DNA of 63,356 nt, filler included, from Octopus bimaculoides (Eukaryota): assembly GCF_001194135.2 (NCBI RefSeq). It is 4 parts of 4 records of this genome, joined end to end, with 100 filler letters (N's around TTAATTAATTAA, not from the genome) between each part and the next. Parts side by side here need not be neighbours in the genome. Positions count along the whole stretch, not along the records: positions 29,463 to 51,132 come from NC_068982.1; 3 more parts are not named here. The stretch is one strand, 5' to 3'. This document shows positions 36,696-50,139 of this stretch, piece by piece. Every line of letters starts with the position of its first letter. The stretch's first letter is position 1. The notes beneath the pieces are model-generated. The model saw only the letters and a list, made by a program, of their open reading frames with translations, made no database searches and had not been told where the DNA came from. A program made the position numbers and the translations under genes.

Positions 36696-39600
36696 GTGGG
36701 TTTTCACTACGTTACCAGGCAAGGCTTCCTGTACCATGAATGTTTGCAATATTGTTTTGTCCTTTATAACATTCATAATAAAATAGTTTCTAAGATAGGC
36801 AAAAAGCCAGAAAACATTTAAAATAAATAGCATACGGTGTGTGAATTGCTCTGGAATGCTTATTTTTTCGTCAGTTTTCATATATTTATAAAACTTTGGC
36901 TCATTAGTAATTTTCTATCTATATTTCTTATATTTCCAAATCAAGTGGTTGTTTTTTATTTTCAGTCTTTCTATATTTCGACATCTTTATATTAAATATT
37001 AATATTTGTACTCGTAGTAAGCTTTATGACATCGTCAGAGAGTGAAGTGTAGCAATCACGATAATTTGTCCTGGGGCTCTTGTGACCGGTTGGTAAAAAG
37101 AAAACAAACGCAACGTGAGTTATCTTTCGCGGACTGGAGGCCTGATACACATGTTTATTACAAAATACACTCCGATAATACACCTGAAGTTCAGGCCATG
37201 GCAATAGATCAAATGGGGTTCAACATCATAAAACATATACAGTCCATTCGACGAGCTTCAACACAGTTTTCGTCCATCAAGCTTGAATTACAAAGCCTGG
37301 GTAAACCAGAAGCAACGGTTGAAAGCGAGTGCTCAACGTGCCACGCAGTTTGATCAAATACGGGACCACATAACTGCGAAGTGGTCTTCTTTACGAAACA
37401 GAAATATAATGCCGTTCTCTCCTGTTAGTATTTCTATTAAGAGAATATATTTGTTTTTGTGAAGTAATCCTAACGATAATGTTCGTTTGGTATTGATTAA
37501 AGTAGCATATTTCGGAATGTAGTCATTTTGCAATATTTGAAATCCAAGGAAATTGAAAATGAGATAAACTACGGTACAGATAGAAATTTCAATGTACCGA
37601 GTATCCTATTTTGTCTTATCTGCTTATAAATTCAATTTCTACTAAAACTAGGCAAAAATAAATGACGAATCAACATTTCTTAACAACCTATAAGTTTCCA
37701 ATTAAATTTTATATTTTTAAATATACATTTTAGTACTTTCGCATTTAGAAACAGTGATCTTATATGGCGATCAATAACAATTCTCTCTTGGCTCCGAACA
37801 CTGGATTTACATGACATCATTGTATATTGATTTACTCATAATCGATTTAGTCATGCCGGGTATTGATTATGTAAGATCGATCATGAAAAATGTTTCAATA
37901 TAAATGTGTGCGATACAAAAAGAGTTTTTGATGAACTCTCAGGCCATGCATCTTAAATAACAGCGAGGTATCTAACGTCTAATACAGATATTGGAGAGCC
38001 CTTACTGTGAAATGTAAGCAATTAAGGTTAGATGGCTGAACAGCAATTCTTAAAATTCTATTTGCGAAAGTGTGTGTTACACAGGCGTACAAAATTAGTA
38101 TTCCTCAAATTTGTGAAATATTTATGGGCTATTGAAAAGATATTTATACTTTATATTCAGACTGACTGGAAAATATGAGAATTAAATTAACAGACGACAA
38201 AAGAATTGTTAACTTTGTAGAAAGTTAAGCGATGAATAATACCATCAGTTCTCCCATTATTGTATTAATCGTTGCTTATGACCCTGAAGTAATTTGATTG
38301 AAAATGAGGATGTTGGTCTCTGTGTACCAGTCCTCTTCACTAAATCTGATGATGCTATTAAAATGTTTTGTTCAAGACAATTAAATAACATATACATATA
38401 TATATAATAATTATATACAATTCTATAAAGTTTATATACAATTACATAACAATGTTTTACCACAGAGTGCAGCTGAAATTCCCACAACAATTGGGATTTT
38501 GAGTTCATTCAGTTTAAGCATTTGTTCCCTCTCTTCAAAAAGTCTTCACCATATTATTAAAGCAAACTCTACATTATTCAGAAACAATGTAAAGAAAGAA
38601 AAAGTCCTTAGCTTGAGAGACGAGAATTCAAATCGAAAATGGTTGTTTCACTTTTGTACTCCCATAGTAAACCTTGTTCTATGTAATTCAGTTGATTTCA
38701 TTAACAAAATTTCATTAACAAAAGATATGTGAATGCTAGTTACCTATCCAAGTAGCGAGTTATCTCTTATTCGCTTAACATCATTCAAGCCACATAATTT
38801 AGCGGTTTTGAAAACATTAGAAACATTTAGTTTTATATTTAGTCCTGGTTAAAGATTATAGTACAGCCGAACACATCCAATTACTAGATTTGAAAGGTAA
38901 TCAAACCTATTTGTCTGATAAATATTCCTTAGATAGGGAACATCACTTACCGAAACGAAACCATTCTTTTGCAGTGCAATGTATTTTAATAAACTATACC
39001 TCAAAGATAGGTATAACTTGCAGAAGAACTATTTAATATCTTTTATACGAAAATACCCTATACCCAATATTCCATTTCAATGAGTAATCACCCAAATAAC
39101 TTATATATACATGACTGCAAAGAGTTTTGAAAAACGCACATGTACATTAAGAAACGGGGAAATGGAGAAAATATAAACATTAATGTTACTTAATGTAATT
39201 TTCATCACAATTGAAGTAGAAATGTTGACAGGGTGTGTGAGAGCCAGTATATTGAGTGGAGTTTATCTCTATATTATTAACAAAAACATCCTCTTTAGAC
39301 CCAGATCAGCTGCAATTGAGTAGACATAGAATCAGATGTCAACTACATTTGACCACCCTGTCGTTATGCACATCTACAATTATATAGTTCACGATGAATT
39401 TCATTTCCTTAAGACGAAATAGTGAGAGCAAATTGATGGAATTTAGCTGCTAGCTTTAGCAGGTTGAGCTCTAACGTTGGCTCAAATATAGCAAGCAAAA
39501 CTAGCCCGTAAACACTGTTTATCGCGAAATCGAATCATCTTGTTGAATATCTGCTAGGACTATACAGTGTCCGTATAAATATCCGAACCGTCACACGCAT

Positions 39601-39914
39601 ACAACATATTCACGCATCTCATGTAGCGTATACCATAGTTTTTATGAGTATGATTAAATATCAAATAATAAAAATAAAGCATATTGATTTTGTAAAGTCT
39701 TTGCATATTTGGCTTGATAAAAATCAATGCTGACCCAAGAATGAACCAGCGAAAATTTTTGCACTTGAAAGTCCAACTAAGAACAAATAGATTTGATTTT
39801 CTAATTTTTGAGAACATTAAAGTTTAATTATAGAATATTAATTTCGTTAGAGATAACTAGACAAACACCCCGACCCCCACACACCAACACGCAGCATATA
39901 CAGAGGGAGAGAGA

Positions 39915-39956
<42 letters not shown>

Positions 39957-40081
39957 CAGAGGAAAGAGAGAGCACAGAGACGTCTGACGACGGGGTGTTA
40001 GTTTAATTCGTCGACAGTTCAATATTTCTCTGATCTGTTGAATCATTAGCATACACACACACTAACACATACATACACACA

Positions 40082-40139
40082 CATATGGTCTGCACATATG
40101 GTCTGCACATATGGTCTGCACATATGGTCTGCACATATG
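40082..40139 (+). repeat. 13-bp tandem repeat x4.5
   Basis: catatggtctgca units. Confidence 0.95.
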
Positions 40140-41194
40140 TAAATGTGTATATGAATACACATACAACAGGTGAATACGCAGATACAGATATAAAATGCGT
40201 ATTCAAATACACGTAATACGCATATAGGGAGCATCAATGCTCTAGTCGATAGCATAGCGGTCAACCAGCTGAGTTCCTCTTCAGTTCGTATTCTCTTCAT
40301 TGTCCCTGTATTGCGTCAGTCTATGTACAAGACGCTAATCCCTCTTTAAAGGCTCATACCAACTAAATTAAGTGAGATGCTGTGGGATATTAACAGCCAT
40401 ATTACAGTAAATGAATCTCTCCTTCGATAATTTGCAATTCAACCCTCTACTTCGTCGCAGAAGTTTAATCTCAACCAAGTTTACTTCAGCTTACTAAACT
40501 GAAGAAAAAAATGTTTCCAAAACCCCAACACAATATCTCTAAAGTCGATAAAGGGTTTTCAAAGTCACATCACTGGTTCCCTTGGTTATGTAAGAAAGAA
40601 TCTAACTGACAATCTGAAGACACTAACATTTTCAAAGCAAAGACACTCGCTAACATGAACGGGAAGTGAAACAGAAAAATATTAGAGACTTTCTTAAATT
40701 TTTTTATGTAATAAACACACGCACTGGTTCGGTCTTTATTTATTTATAAACAGTATTTAGTTTCTTCTTTTGTTAAATCATTTCATTGCACTCTTGCAAT
40801 CTCTTCAGTAACCCGTCTCTATACTTCCATTTATTTTGAATGTATGTTTCAGCGTTGTTTTGAAATTGTGTGTTTATTAACGGCATAATGCCTCTCCCAA
40901 GGTTTAATAGTATTTCTTTCAACACACGTATTCACATCAAGAATCTTGCACACCAAATACACATACGAAATGTTATGTAATATTTGTTGCTGTTATACAA
41001 ATTTCTATGATGTAGCTTTCGTTTGTTTAAGAAAAAGTAGTTTCCTATTTCTGGGTATTTGTTAATATACTTTTCATGTTGGGTGCGCAACTAAAGATTG
41101 TGCCTTTTGAACAAACGCCCGTACCTGTGTGTCTGCGTGAAGTGTTTGTCTACTAACTTGAAGAATATTCTTCCCATACAAGTCTTTACGTTGA

Positions 41195-42250
41195 GTGAGT
41201 GGGGAGGAGGCACAATGCGTGATTGAGGGAGTCATATACGAGGCAGTGGTGGTACCCAGACCTAGCAACCATAGTAATAGCTACAACTCATCCAACAACT
41301 TCGACGGCAACGGCAGCAGTGACAGCAGCAGAAACACCAGTACCAATGCCAACGACTCCAACACCAGTGTTACGGTCAGAGATGATGATCACGCCAACAC
41401 CACCAACACCAGTGAAGTTACCGGTCCCACGCCCAGTATTACCAGCCACATGACCACCGGCGACAACAGCAGTAACACCAGAAATACGGCCGTAACTGCT
41501 GCAACGACAACAACCACAACAATATCGCCATACCCACGCTCCGTAACAACAGCACAAATAACAGCTCTAATAATAGCAGCGGCAACAACAACAGAGATGT
41601 CAACACAAGCAGCACTCAAGTTCGGAAATGTATCGGGTCAGCCGGAACTGCCTTCTTGCGGACCCTGTACAATCACAGGTCCTCTTTCAGGATTTCAGAA
41701 AGATGATACAAAGACGATTCATCACATCCCTGGCAAGACACGTGTGGTCCCTTAAAGATGAAAGGATCCCATACAATATTAAGTGGAAGGTCATAGAGCG
41801 GCCGGGACCCTATATCAACGAGAGCAGACACTGCAAGCTTTGCATAGCTGAGCGAACAAGGATCCTCAAAGACTCCTTGGAACTAGAATTATTAAATTAC
41901 CGACATGATATTTATATTCTCTGTCCCATTTTCAAACGATATCTGATGCAAGCAAGGGATTCTCCATTCATCGATTAGATCCGAAAAAGTTCTTACGGAC
42001 TAGAAGCAACCCAAGGGCGGAGTTACCCGTTCGCCATTTTAGCATACTTGGACTGTTAACTGAACTGATCTAAGGGAGATAACCCGTCCTCACCGACCCA
42101 CAAGGTTTATTCTTTGGTTTATTCAATATTTACTAGCAAACTGACGGTAACGAAATTCTACCTCTACAGTATGCCCTTCACCATTAGAGTCTGATGAGTC
42201 GTCTATAAAGCTAAGCGCTTTATGGATGCGAAACCATTGGTCACTCTATG
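41195..42250 (+). mobile_element. 3' fragment of a Penelope-like element (C-terminal GIY-YIG with CxLC; Hydra-clade-like) plus 3' UTR/pLTR
   Basis: QCVIEGVIYEAVV ... RKCIGSAGTAFLRTLYNHRSSFR ... TSLARHVWSLKDERIPYNIKWKVIERPGPY..SRHCKLCIAER..LLNYRHDIYILCP; two frameshifts; HHR at the 3' end. Confidence 0.82.
42185..42248 (+). ncRNA. Type I hammerhead ribozyme, canonical core
   Basis: TAGAGT CTGATGA [G tcgtctataaagc taagc gctttatggatg C] GAAA CC att GG TC / ACTCTA: 6-bp stem I, long stem II, 3-bp stem III (accattggt near-palindrome), GUC cleavage after 42242. Confidence 0.85.
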
Positions 42251-42589
42251 ATTGGATATACACTTAACTGTATACACATACACACACACACACACACACT
42301 CACATACACACATATATATATATATATATAAGGATTTACTTTTCGTAATGAGATAAAAAAGACTAAGGCTGTGTATAATATAGAACATTTATAAATAAAA
42401 CGTCTTACATATATACATGCACACACACAAGCACACACGCACGCACACACACACATACACACACACACAATCTGAAGTCAGTCTTCGTGAGTATGACTGT
42501 TCACGGCTTTCGCTTGACTTGATAAGCATTTTCCAGACTGGTCAGTTTTTCGCTTGAGTTCGCCACTTATTATGATCAATTCCTTTTCA

Positions 42590-42640
42590 CTTCATATTCC
42601 TTTTCACTTCATATTCATTTTTACTTCATATTTCTTTTTA
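42590..42640 (+). repeat. 17-bp degenerate tandem repeat x3-4
   Basis: ttccttttcacttcata units. Confidence 0.8.
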
Positions 42641-42719
42641 CAGTATCTTTGAAACTCATTCAAGATATTTCTTGGCTTCTTTTTCCTTTGCATAGTTGTT
42701 TGGGGAGTTAGCTGTTCTC

Positions 42720-43660
42720 CATCCTGTGTACGTATCTCAACTAACGTGAATTTCTAACTATACAGATTTTCTTCATAGGAGGCAGACTAGCATGGCGGAA
42801 GATCTCTTAATTTCTGAATTTGTCAAACGGAGTGATAATCAATTCGTCGTAGCTGTCTCATCATATATGTGTGTAATTTGTCTACTTGAGCTTTATAGAC
42901 TGCACAAGTTTCAGCTCCATACAGCAGCGAAAAAAGCACTATAGCCTGGCATATTTTATATTTGACCCTTATAAGAACATACTTATTTTCCCACAGCCTC
43001 TCTTGTAGTCTGCCAAATGAAGCACCAGCTCTGCTCATTCTGTATGTGATTTCCTGGTCCAAGTCGGGCATTATCTAAGATTGTGCTGCCTAGGTATTTA
43101 AATGCTCTGCATTGGGCCTGTTCTTGATGTCTAATAGCAATGTTTTCTTCTATTTCAAGGTTAGGTAGGTTCTCCAGAGTTTGGTAAAGGTATTCGTTTT
43201 TTTTTTATGTTGATCATTAAGCTGAACTGCTGTTCACCTTTGTCAAAGTTATATAGCTGCTTCCGCATATCTTCAACATAGAGGGCAACCAGCGTACTAT
43301 CATCAGCTAACAGCATACCTTACACTAGGATCTTTGTTGTGCGTATCTTTGCTTTATACTGTGCAACATTGAATAGATCACCATCAAGCTGCGCCTCGAT
43401 GTAAGTCTTCACTCCATCTGCTTTGAAGGCAATATTCAACATTGCAGCGAGTTACAGGGACAACATTTCTGGAGCAATTGTTGAACTCCTTTTGTCACCG
43501 CAAACCCGTTTGTGGTATTGCTACCATGTACTACAAATGTCTGAATTTCTCCGTGAGGGCCATAATAAAGTTGATGAACCTTCGAGGTCATTCATGTTTC
43601 TTAACAACTACCCAAAGTGTATCACGAGATACTGTGTTGAAACGATTTGTAAAGTCTCTT
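42720..43660 (-). mobile_element. RTE-clade LINE RT fragment
   Basis: FNTVSRDTLWVVVKK, LLADDSTLV, FKYLG, DLDQEITYRMSRAGASFGRLQERLW..K.KICQAIVLFSLLYGAET. Confidence 0.85.
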
Positions 43661-43703
43661 CCTCTTTATATGTATATATATATATATGTATATACAAATA
43701 TAC

Positions 43704-44213
43704 AAGGCACGACAGAGTCGCAGCTCAATCAAGAACATGCTCATCTTTTTTCTTCGACATCCACGGTATTGTGCATGAAGAATTCGCTCCCGCCCCCAAC
43801 AAGGCCAGACCCTCAACCGAGAATTCTACTGGCACGATTTGAAGCGCTTGACGAAGGACATTCAACCGGATCTGTGGAGTGCAAAGAATTGGATTCTTCA
43901 CGACGACGACACACCTCGTCACCGAGCATTCTTCACTTGTGAGTTTCTCGCCCAAAACAGCATGGTATCGCTTTCGCATTTGCCCTATTCGCCAGATTTA
44001 GCACCTGCAGACTTCCCATAGTCTCCCCAAAATGAAAGGTCACTTTTTAACACCGTTGTCGAAATCCAGAGCGAATCACAGAAAGTCTTCAACTCGCTTA
44101 CGGAAAACAACTTCGAAACCGGATTCCAAAAGTGGCAGGAGATGATGTTAAAACTTAGTTAAATGTTATCTTTGATTAATCATATCTAGTCCGGGAACCC
44201 TTTGATACCACTT

Positions 44214-44216
<3 letters not shown>
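43704..44216 (+). mobile_element. Mariner 3' half with right TIR
   Basis: FFDIHGIVHEEFAP, PDLWSAKNWILHDDDTPRHRAF, LSHLPYSPDLAPADF; TIR-like gtccgggaaccctttgataccacttcgt. Confidence 0.9.
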
Positions 44217-44275
<59 letters not shown>

Positions 44276-45482
44276 TACATATATATATGTGTGTGTATAT
44301 ATATATATAAATACATATACACACACATGCACACATACTAATACTCATACACCACACACACACATTCAGTACCTTGCTGAAAGAATAAGAGGTCGGTCCG
44401 AGTAGCTGCACACAATAGTGGTGTGCCAAAACGATGGGTAAAGCGCTTCACTCTCACGAGACACTGTATTGAAGAGGTAACAAAGCTAGAAAATGTTTAT
44501 ACTCATATCCAATCACATATTATATGATAACATAAAATATGTGGTATATCATGGTGTATTATAGCAAAATATTGACTTCTCAGTATTTTTCTATTTTGTT
44601 TATTTTCTTTGTCGCTCTCACTCTTTCTACAGGTTACAAATAAACTGAAAGCGAACTATAACTGATTCAATTATATAACTGGTACATAGTTTATCACTCA
44701 TGAGAGACGAAACGCAAAGTCTAGTTAGAAGACATCATTAATTTTATTTTTTGAAGTTGTAATCGATATTAGTATATCGTAATATCTAACAAATTTTCAG
44801 GAGCATAGTCGAATATATTGATCTCCGTACTTTGAGTGTACTTATTCTATCCGACGCTTTTGCACGTTCTGACTTTTTACATTTCCTAAAATATAGATTG
44901 CTAACGTACTCGCAAAGGACGCAAAAGAATTTGCTGGAAAACATAGTCAGCAAGACCAATTTGAATATTTTCACTTTATCGAATACGGCAGGATGACAAG
45001 CACAGTTAATGCCAGTGGGAATTAAACTCTCAATGTAAAGGTCTTTTGATGTCAAATTATTTTATTCTACGCTCTGTCAAATTTTGTAATCCACTACTAT
45101 ATAGTCTTCTAAAATATGAATTTCTAACATGAGCACAAACTTAAGCAATTTTTTTTCTTCTTGTTGGGTGAGGAGTAGTATGGTCGATTGCATTGATTCC
45201 AATACATCATCGGTATTTTTATTTTATCGACTCTGGAAGGATTAAAAGCAAATCTAACCCCTACGGGATTTGAACATAAAAGTATTTTCTATGAAATTCT
45301 GCCGTCCGCCCCGCCCCCTTAATAACGTTTTTATTTTTTAAATAATATTTTTAAAAAATCATTACTGCCATGCTATGCATTCATTTTCTTTGTACCAATT
45401 ATTTCTAGAATTCAGAATTTGGCAAAACTACATGGAAAATGGGACATGTTTTAAATTCGATATGAGATTTCCTTTGTTGTTC

Positions 45483-46097
45483 CTTTTCTTCTTCTTCTTC
45501 TTCTTCTTCTTCTTCTTCTTCTTCTTCTTCTTCTTCTTCTTCTTCTTCTTCTTCTTCTTCTTCTTCTNNNNNNNNNNNNNNNNNNNNNNNNNNNNNNNNN
45601 NNNNNNNNNNNNNNNNNNNNNNNNNNNNNNNNNNNNNNNNNNNNNNNNNNNNNNNNNNNNNNNNNNNNNNNNNNNNNNNNNNNNNNNNNNNNNNNNNNNN
45701 NNNNNNNNNNNNNNNNNNNNNNNNNNNNNNNNNNNNNNNNNNNNNNNNNNNNNNNNNNNNNNNNNNNNNNNNNNNNNNNNNNNNNNNNNNNNNNNNNNNN
45801 NNNNNNNNNNNNNNNNNNNNNNNNNNNNNNNNNNNNNNNNNNNNNNNNNNNNNNNNNNNNNNNNNNNNNNNNNNNNNNNNNNNNNNNNNNNNNNNNNNNN
45901 NNNNNNNNNNNNNNNNNNNNNNNNNNNNNNNNNNNNNNNNNNNNNNNNNNNNNNNNNNNNNNNNNNNNNNNNNNNNNNNNNNNNNNNNNNNNNNNNNNNN
46001 NNNNNNNNNNNNNNNNNNNNNNNNNNNNNNNNNNNNNNNNNNNNNNNNNNNNNNNNNNNNGAAGAAGAAGAAGAAGAAGAAGAAGAAGAAGAAGAAA
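45483..46097. repeat. (TTC)n and (GAA)n tracts flanking an assembly gap
   Basis: (CTT)n at 45483-45567, N run, (GAA)n at 46061-46097. Confidence 0.95.
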
Positions 46098-46201
46098 AAA
46101 GGAGAAGAAAAACTGTATACATTTATATGTGTATATACTTGTATGCACACACACACACACACACACATGCACATATATATATACATACATACATTCATTC
46201 A

Positions 46202-46237
<36 letters not shown>

Positions 46238-46595
46238 TATATATCCTACTAAATTATCAATTGAATGAAATTTATTCACTTTAAAACGTTATTTCTAAAA
46301 TTATTCATTAATGCATATAGAAATACTTCTTCAATAAAGCGACTTGAGAATACAAAACAAAACTATTCAAACTTATATTTATGTATTTGTTTATTTGCCG
46401 ATAGTTTTTTAAAAAAATGTTTTTACTGTGATTAAGAGAAATTTATCTTGTTACAAATTAATTTCGTTAAATATAATCAAATATTTTCTGGTAACAATGT
46501 GTAAAGTTTTTAATCAAAATAGATAAAAAATATAACGTCTTCTTGAAAATACAGTGTCAAATTTATATAGCACTAATTTTGGTATACACACAGGT

Positions 46596-46681
<86 letters not shown>

Positions 46682-46858
46682 ACACACACACACACACGGT
46701 GGCTTGTCGACTACAGTGAAACCTGTGCTCTACTGGTACATATTTCACCGAAAAGATGAAAGACAGGAATTTCGGTAACTTTGTCAGGCAATAAAAAATC
46801 TTCCAGCTCATTGCTTTTAATCGGCAATAACAATACTACTATAAATGAAAATATGCAC

Positions 46859-47258
46859 AGACGCAAGAGTGGCTATGTGGTAAGAGCCTTGCTCTCCAAC
46901 CACATGGTTCCAGGTTCAGTCCCACTGCGTGGCACTTTCGGCAAGTGTCTTTTCTTTTACTATAGCCGCGGGCCGACCAATGCCTTGTGAGTGGATATGG
47001 CAGACGGAAACTGAAAGCAGCCCGTCGTATATATATATGCATGTATATGTATGTTTATGTGTCTGTTTGTCTCCACCAACGTCGCTTGATAACCGACGCT
47101 GGTGTGTTTACTTCTCCGTAAATTAGCGGTTCAGCAAAAGAAACCGATAGGAAAAGTACTAGGCTTACAGAATATAAATAATCCCTGGGGTCGATTTGCT
47201 CGACTAAAGGCAGTGTTCCAGCATGGCTGCAATCAAATGAGTGAAACAAATAAAAGGA
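46859..47258 (+). mobile_element. SINE family A, full length
   Basis: gtggctatgtggtaag...ggttcagtcccactgcgtggcac...gaaactgaaagcagcccgtcg-(microsatellite)-cgcttgataaccgacgctggtgtgtttac...ccagcatggctgcaatcaaatgagtgaaac. Confidence 0.92.
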
Positions 47259-47270
47259 TACAGACACATG

Positions 47271-47301
<31 letters not shown>

Positions 47302-47499
47302 ATACAAAAAAATGGGACAAGAACGCGACGGGTGACAGCAAAACCTCCAGACAGTTGGATGATACAAAAAGGGACATGAAAAGACATGGACGGGTCATTC
47401 TGAGTTTTCTTTCGTCAGTCGAGTTCCAGATTATCTTTGCAGTTTCGGCTGGTTATACTCGAGACTGCTCCGATCTGGTCAGCCCTAAGGAAAATTTGA

Positions 47500-48345
47500 A
47501 CAAAAAACTTACAGGGGCAATTACAATCCCAGAATCTAATTCGGTGCGTGACCTGGGTATCGACATGAGTGTTGATACNNNNNNNNNNCAGAATCTAATT
47601 CGGTGCGTGACCTGGGTATCGACATGAGTGTTGATACTTCTTTCCAAGTGCACATTACCAAGATGGCGACAAAGTGCAAGCGGCTGGCTGGATAGATCCT
47701 GAGAACCTCCAGAACCAGAGAGAAGGAAACTATGATGGTCCTCTGGAGGACATTCGTCCTCAGCTGCCATGACTACTACTCCCAACTATGGTCACCCAAC
47801 AGTGTAAAATTCACAGCGGACCTTGAAGCAATCCAGCGAAGCTTCACAAAGATGATCGACTCATTGCAACAGCTCAGCTACTGGGAAAGGCTGAAACAGC
47901 TAAGTCTCTGCTCTCTGGAGTGAAAGCTGGAGAGATATGCAGTAATATACATCTGGAAGATCCTGAAAGGGATTGTGCCAGATTTTGGCATTGAAAGCTT
48001 CACAAATGCCAGAACGAGTCGCCACTGCACAGTGCCAACAATGCAGTCACACTTCAGAATCAGTTAGTGCAACAGCCTGGGTTTCGAGGGCCCACAGCTT
48101 TCTAATATCCTCCCAAAGAGCCTGAAGAATCTACACAAAGTGGATGTAGGTGTTTTCAAAACAAAACTGGACCTCTTCCTATCGAGAGTCCTAGGTGAAC
48201 ATAGCTCGCGGCAGGAAGCACAAATGAGGGCAGCAACTTCAAACTCTTTTATTCACCAAATGCCACATATTAAAGGAGGCTCTCAATTATAAAAGTGTAG
48301 CAAAACAATGGTGCCCCAGCATTGCCACAGCTTTGAGCTGAAATC
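47500..48345 (+). mobile_element. CR1/L2-group LINE 3' fragment
   Basis: IPESNSVRDLGIDMS, VLWRTFVLSCHDYYSQLWSP...DLEAIQRSFTK...SYWERLKQLSLCSLE, ERYAVIYIWKIL, FKTKLDLFLSRV. Confidence 0.88.
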
Positions 48346-48445
48346 GATTAGGAAACAAAAATATATATGTACTTATGTGTATATATATGTGTATAGATAT
48401 GTTTGTGTGTGTGTTTATGTATGTATGTGTATATANNNNNNNNNN

Positions 48446-48506
<61 letters not shown>

Positions 48507-48902
48507 ACATATACATATATATATATTTACTTATATGAAATACAAACACAACGAATAATACCTATGTATGTATGAATAGTCCTGTGTGTATTTGAACTTG
48601 CATATAATTGTAAATGAAAACGATCAAACACTGGAGCATCATGGGTTGGTTGAATATATTAATATACAATCCTATGATCTTTCCGTTCAATTCCCACTGG
48701 TGCTGGAAATCGTGTTGTCACGTACAAAACTCCTAGTGCGGTGGACAGAACTTGTACTGAGCAAAATATACCTTAGGTGAAACCATAAATGCGCGAATGG
48801 TAAATATTCTTCAAAACAGATGATTAACTTCAGGAAAAATAAATATAATATATATTTATATAGGTGGTTAAATACATAATTGTTAAGATTAAGTAAGCAA
48901 AG

Positions 48903-48950
<48 letters not shown>

Positions 48951-49030
48951 NNNNNNNNNNTATATATACATATGTATATATATGTATATATATGTATATT
49001 TATGTATATATTCATGTATATGCATATGTA

Positions 49031-49081
<51 letters not shown>

Positions 49082-49739
49082 TGATCTATCTATCTATCCA
49101 AATACATATATACATACACACACACAAACACCCTCACCCCATATATATATGCCCCCCCCCCACATATATATGCACTTAGCTGTTTGCTCATGAGACTGCA
49201 GTCATGCAAGTGCACACCTTTAGGTTTGCTTTGGCTATCGTAATGGCTGTACTACCTATATCAACGTAGTACTTATTTTAGCCTTCTATATTTCACCGAT
49301 TGCCTTTCCCTATGCCTTAACATATTTCACTGAAAACTAGACTTTTTCTAAATGGAAATTTCGTTTCAAATACATATGAACGCATATGCACAAATACAGA
49401 CAAAGTCAGTAACACATGAAGAGCTTTCTGATGCTAAATCTTACTTACATTTTGCTGGTAAGTCCGAGTCTATAAAAACTAAAAGACTTACTTAAAATGA
49501 AATACAAAAAACCACATTAAGACCACATTAAGCAAATTTCTTATCGTACAGTCGTTTGGAGACACCTAAACACACACACACACACGCACACACACACACA
49601 CACACACACATGCACACACACGCACACACACACACGTACTCAGACATAGAAACTGCAACCGACGACCTGAATCGAGGAACATCTTAGCATGCCTTATATT
49701 TTCGATATTTGTTATACTTACGACCAGAAATATGTACGC

Positions 49740-49890
49740 TGTCGGCCTTCCCGCATTTCCGTTGAGTAGACCAGAGCAAAGTGGAATGATGTACTTCGTG
49801 AAAGAAAGAAGGACATTACTCTGGCCAAGAATCTGACCTACGAACTTATGGTCGTGTACTCCATTCTCTAACCAGTATGGCTCGCAGGAG
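49740..49890 (-). mobile_element. Decayed tRNA-derived SINE
   Basis: Minus head gagccatactggttagagaatgg...aggtcagattcttgg...ctttgctctggtctactcaac. Confidence 0.5.
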
Positions 49891-50139
49891 CCTAGTAGCG
49901 TGAAATTCGACTCGAGAGACAAATATTTAGCGTCAGATTCAATAAAATAAAGAAAACATATCCTCTAGAACATATACTAAGCACATCATTCTCATTCGAT
50001 TGCCATTAAGCAATGTAAGCATATATATAAAATGTTAGTGTTAATTCTTGTGGCACTGCGGAGTATTTATGGCTCCTAATTTCAGCTAAGCTTTTGTTTC
50101 TTAGTGCCCTGATTATATATATTTTATATGTGTGTTAGA

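Noticed and set aside
37042-37353. 103-aa ORF MKCSNHDN...
   Set aside because: Its 3' half is a degenerate family A SINE head (gtgctcaacgtgccacgcagtttga).
36690-39790. Short minus-strand AG...GT open segments near 36.7, 38.3, 38.5 and 39.75 kb
   Set aside because: Several frames are open, phases could not be chained and no peptide is recognisable; expected by chance.
42140-42170. ctgacggtaacgaaattc, a second hammerhead-like core
   Set aside because: No real stem II, G8/A9 not matched and no stem I.
42193-42233. SECIS-like pattern (ATGA-N9-AAA...GA) overlapping the 42-kb hammerhead, plus in-frame TGAs near 41185 and 41706
   Set aside because: The HHR core has tandem G-A pairs that mimic a SECIS, the AAA can pair with TTT, and neither TGA aligns to a conserved Cys of the endonuclease.
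22804-42640. Short tandem repeats (21-, 30-, 13-, 17-mers) as possible CRISPR-like arrays
   Set aside because: Units are directly adjacent without unique spacers, in a eukaryotic context with no cas-like ORFs.
47529-47638. 49-bp direct repeat on both sides of a 10-N gap in the CR1-like element
   Set aside because: Exact duplication across a minimal gap indicates unmerged contig overlap.
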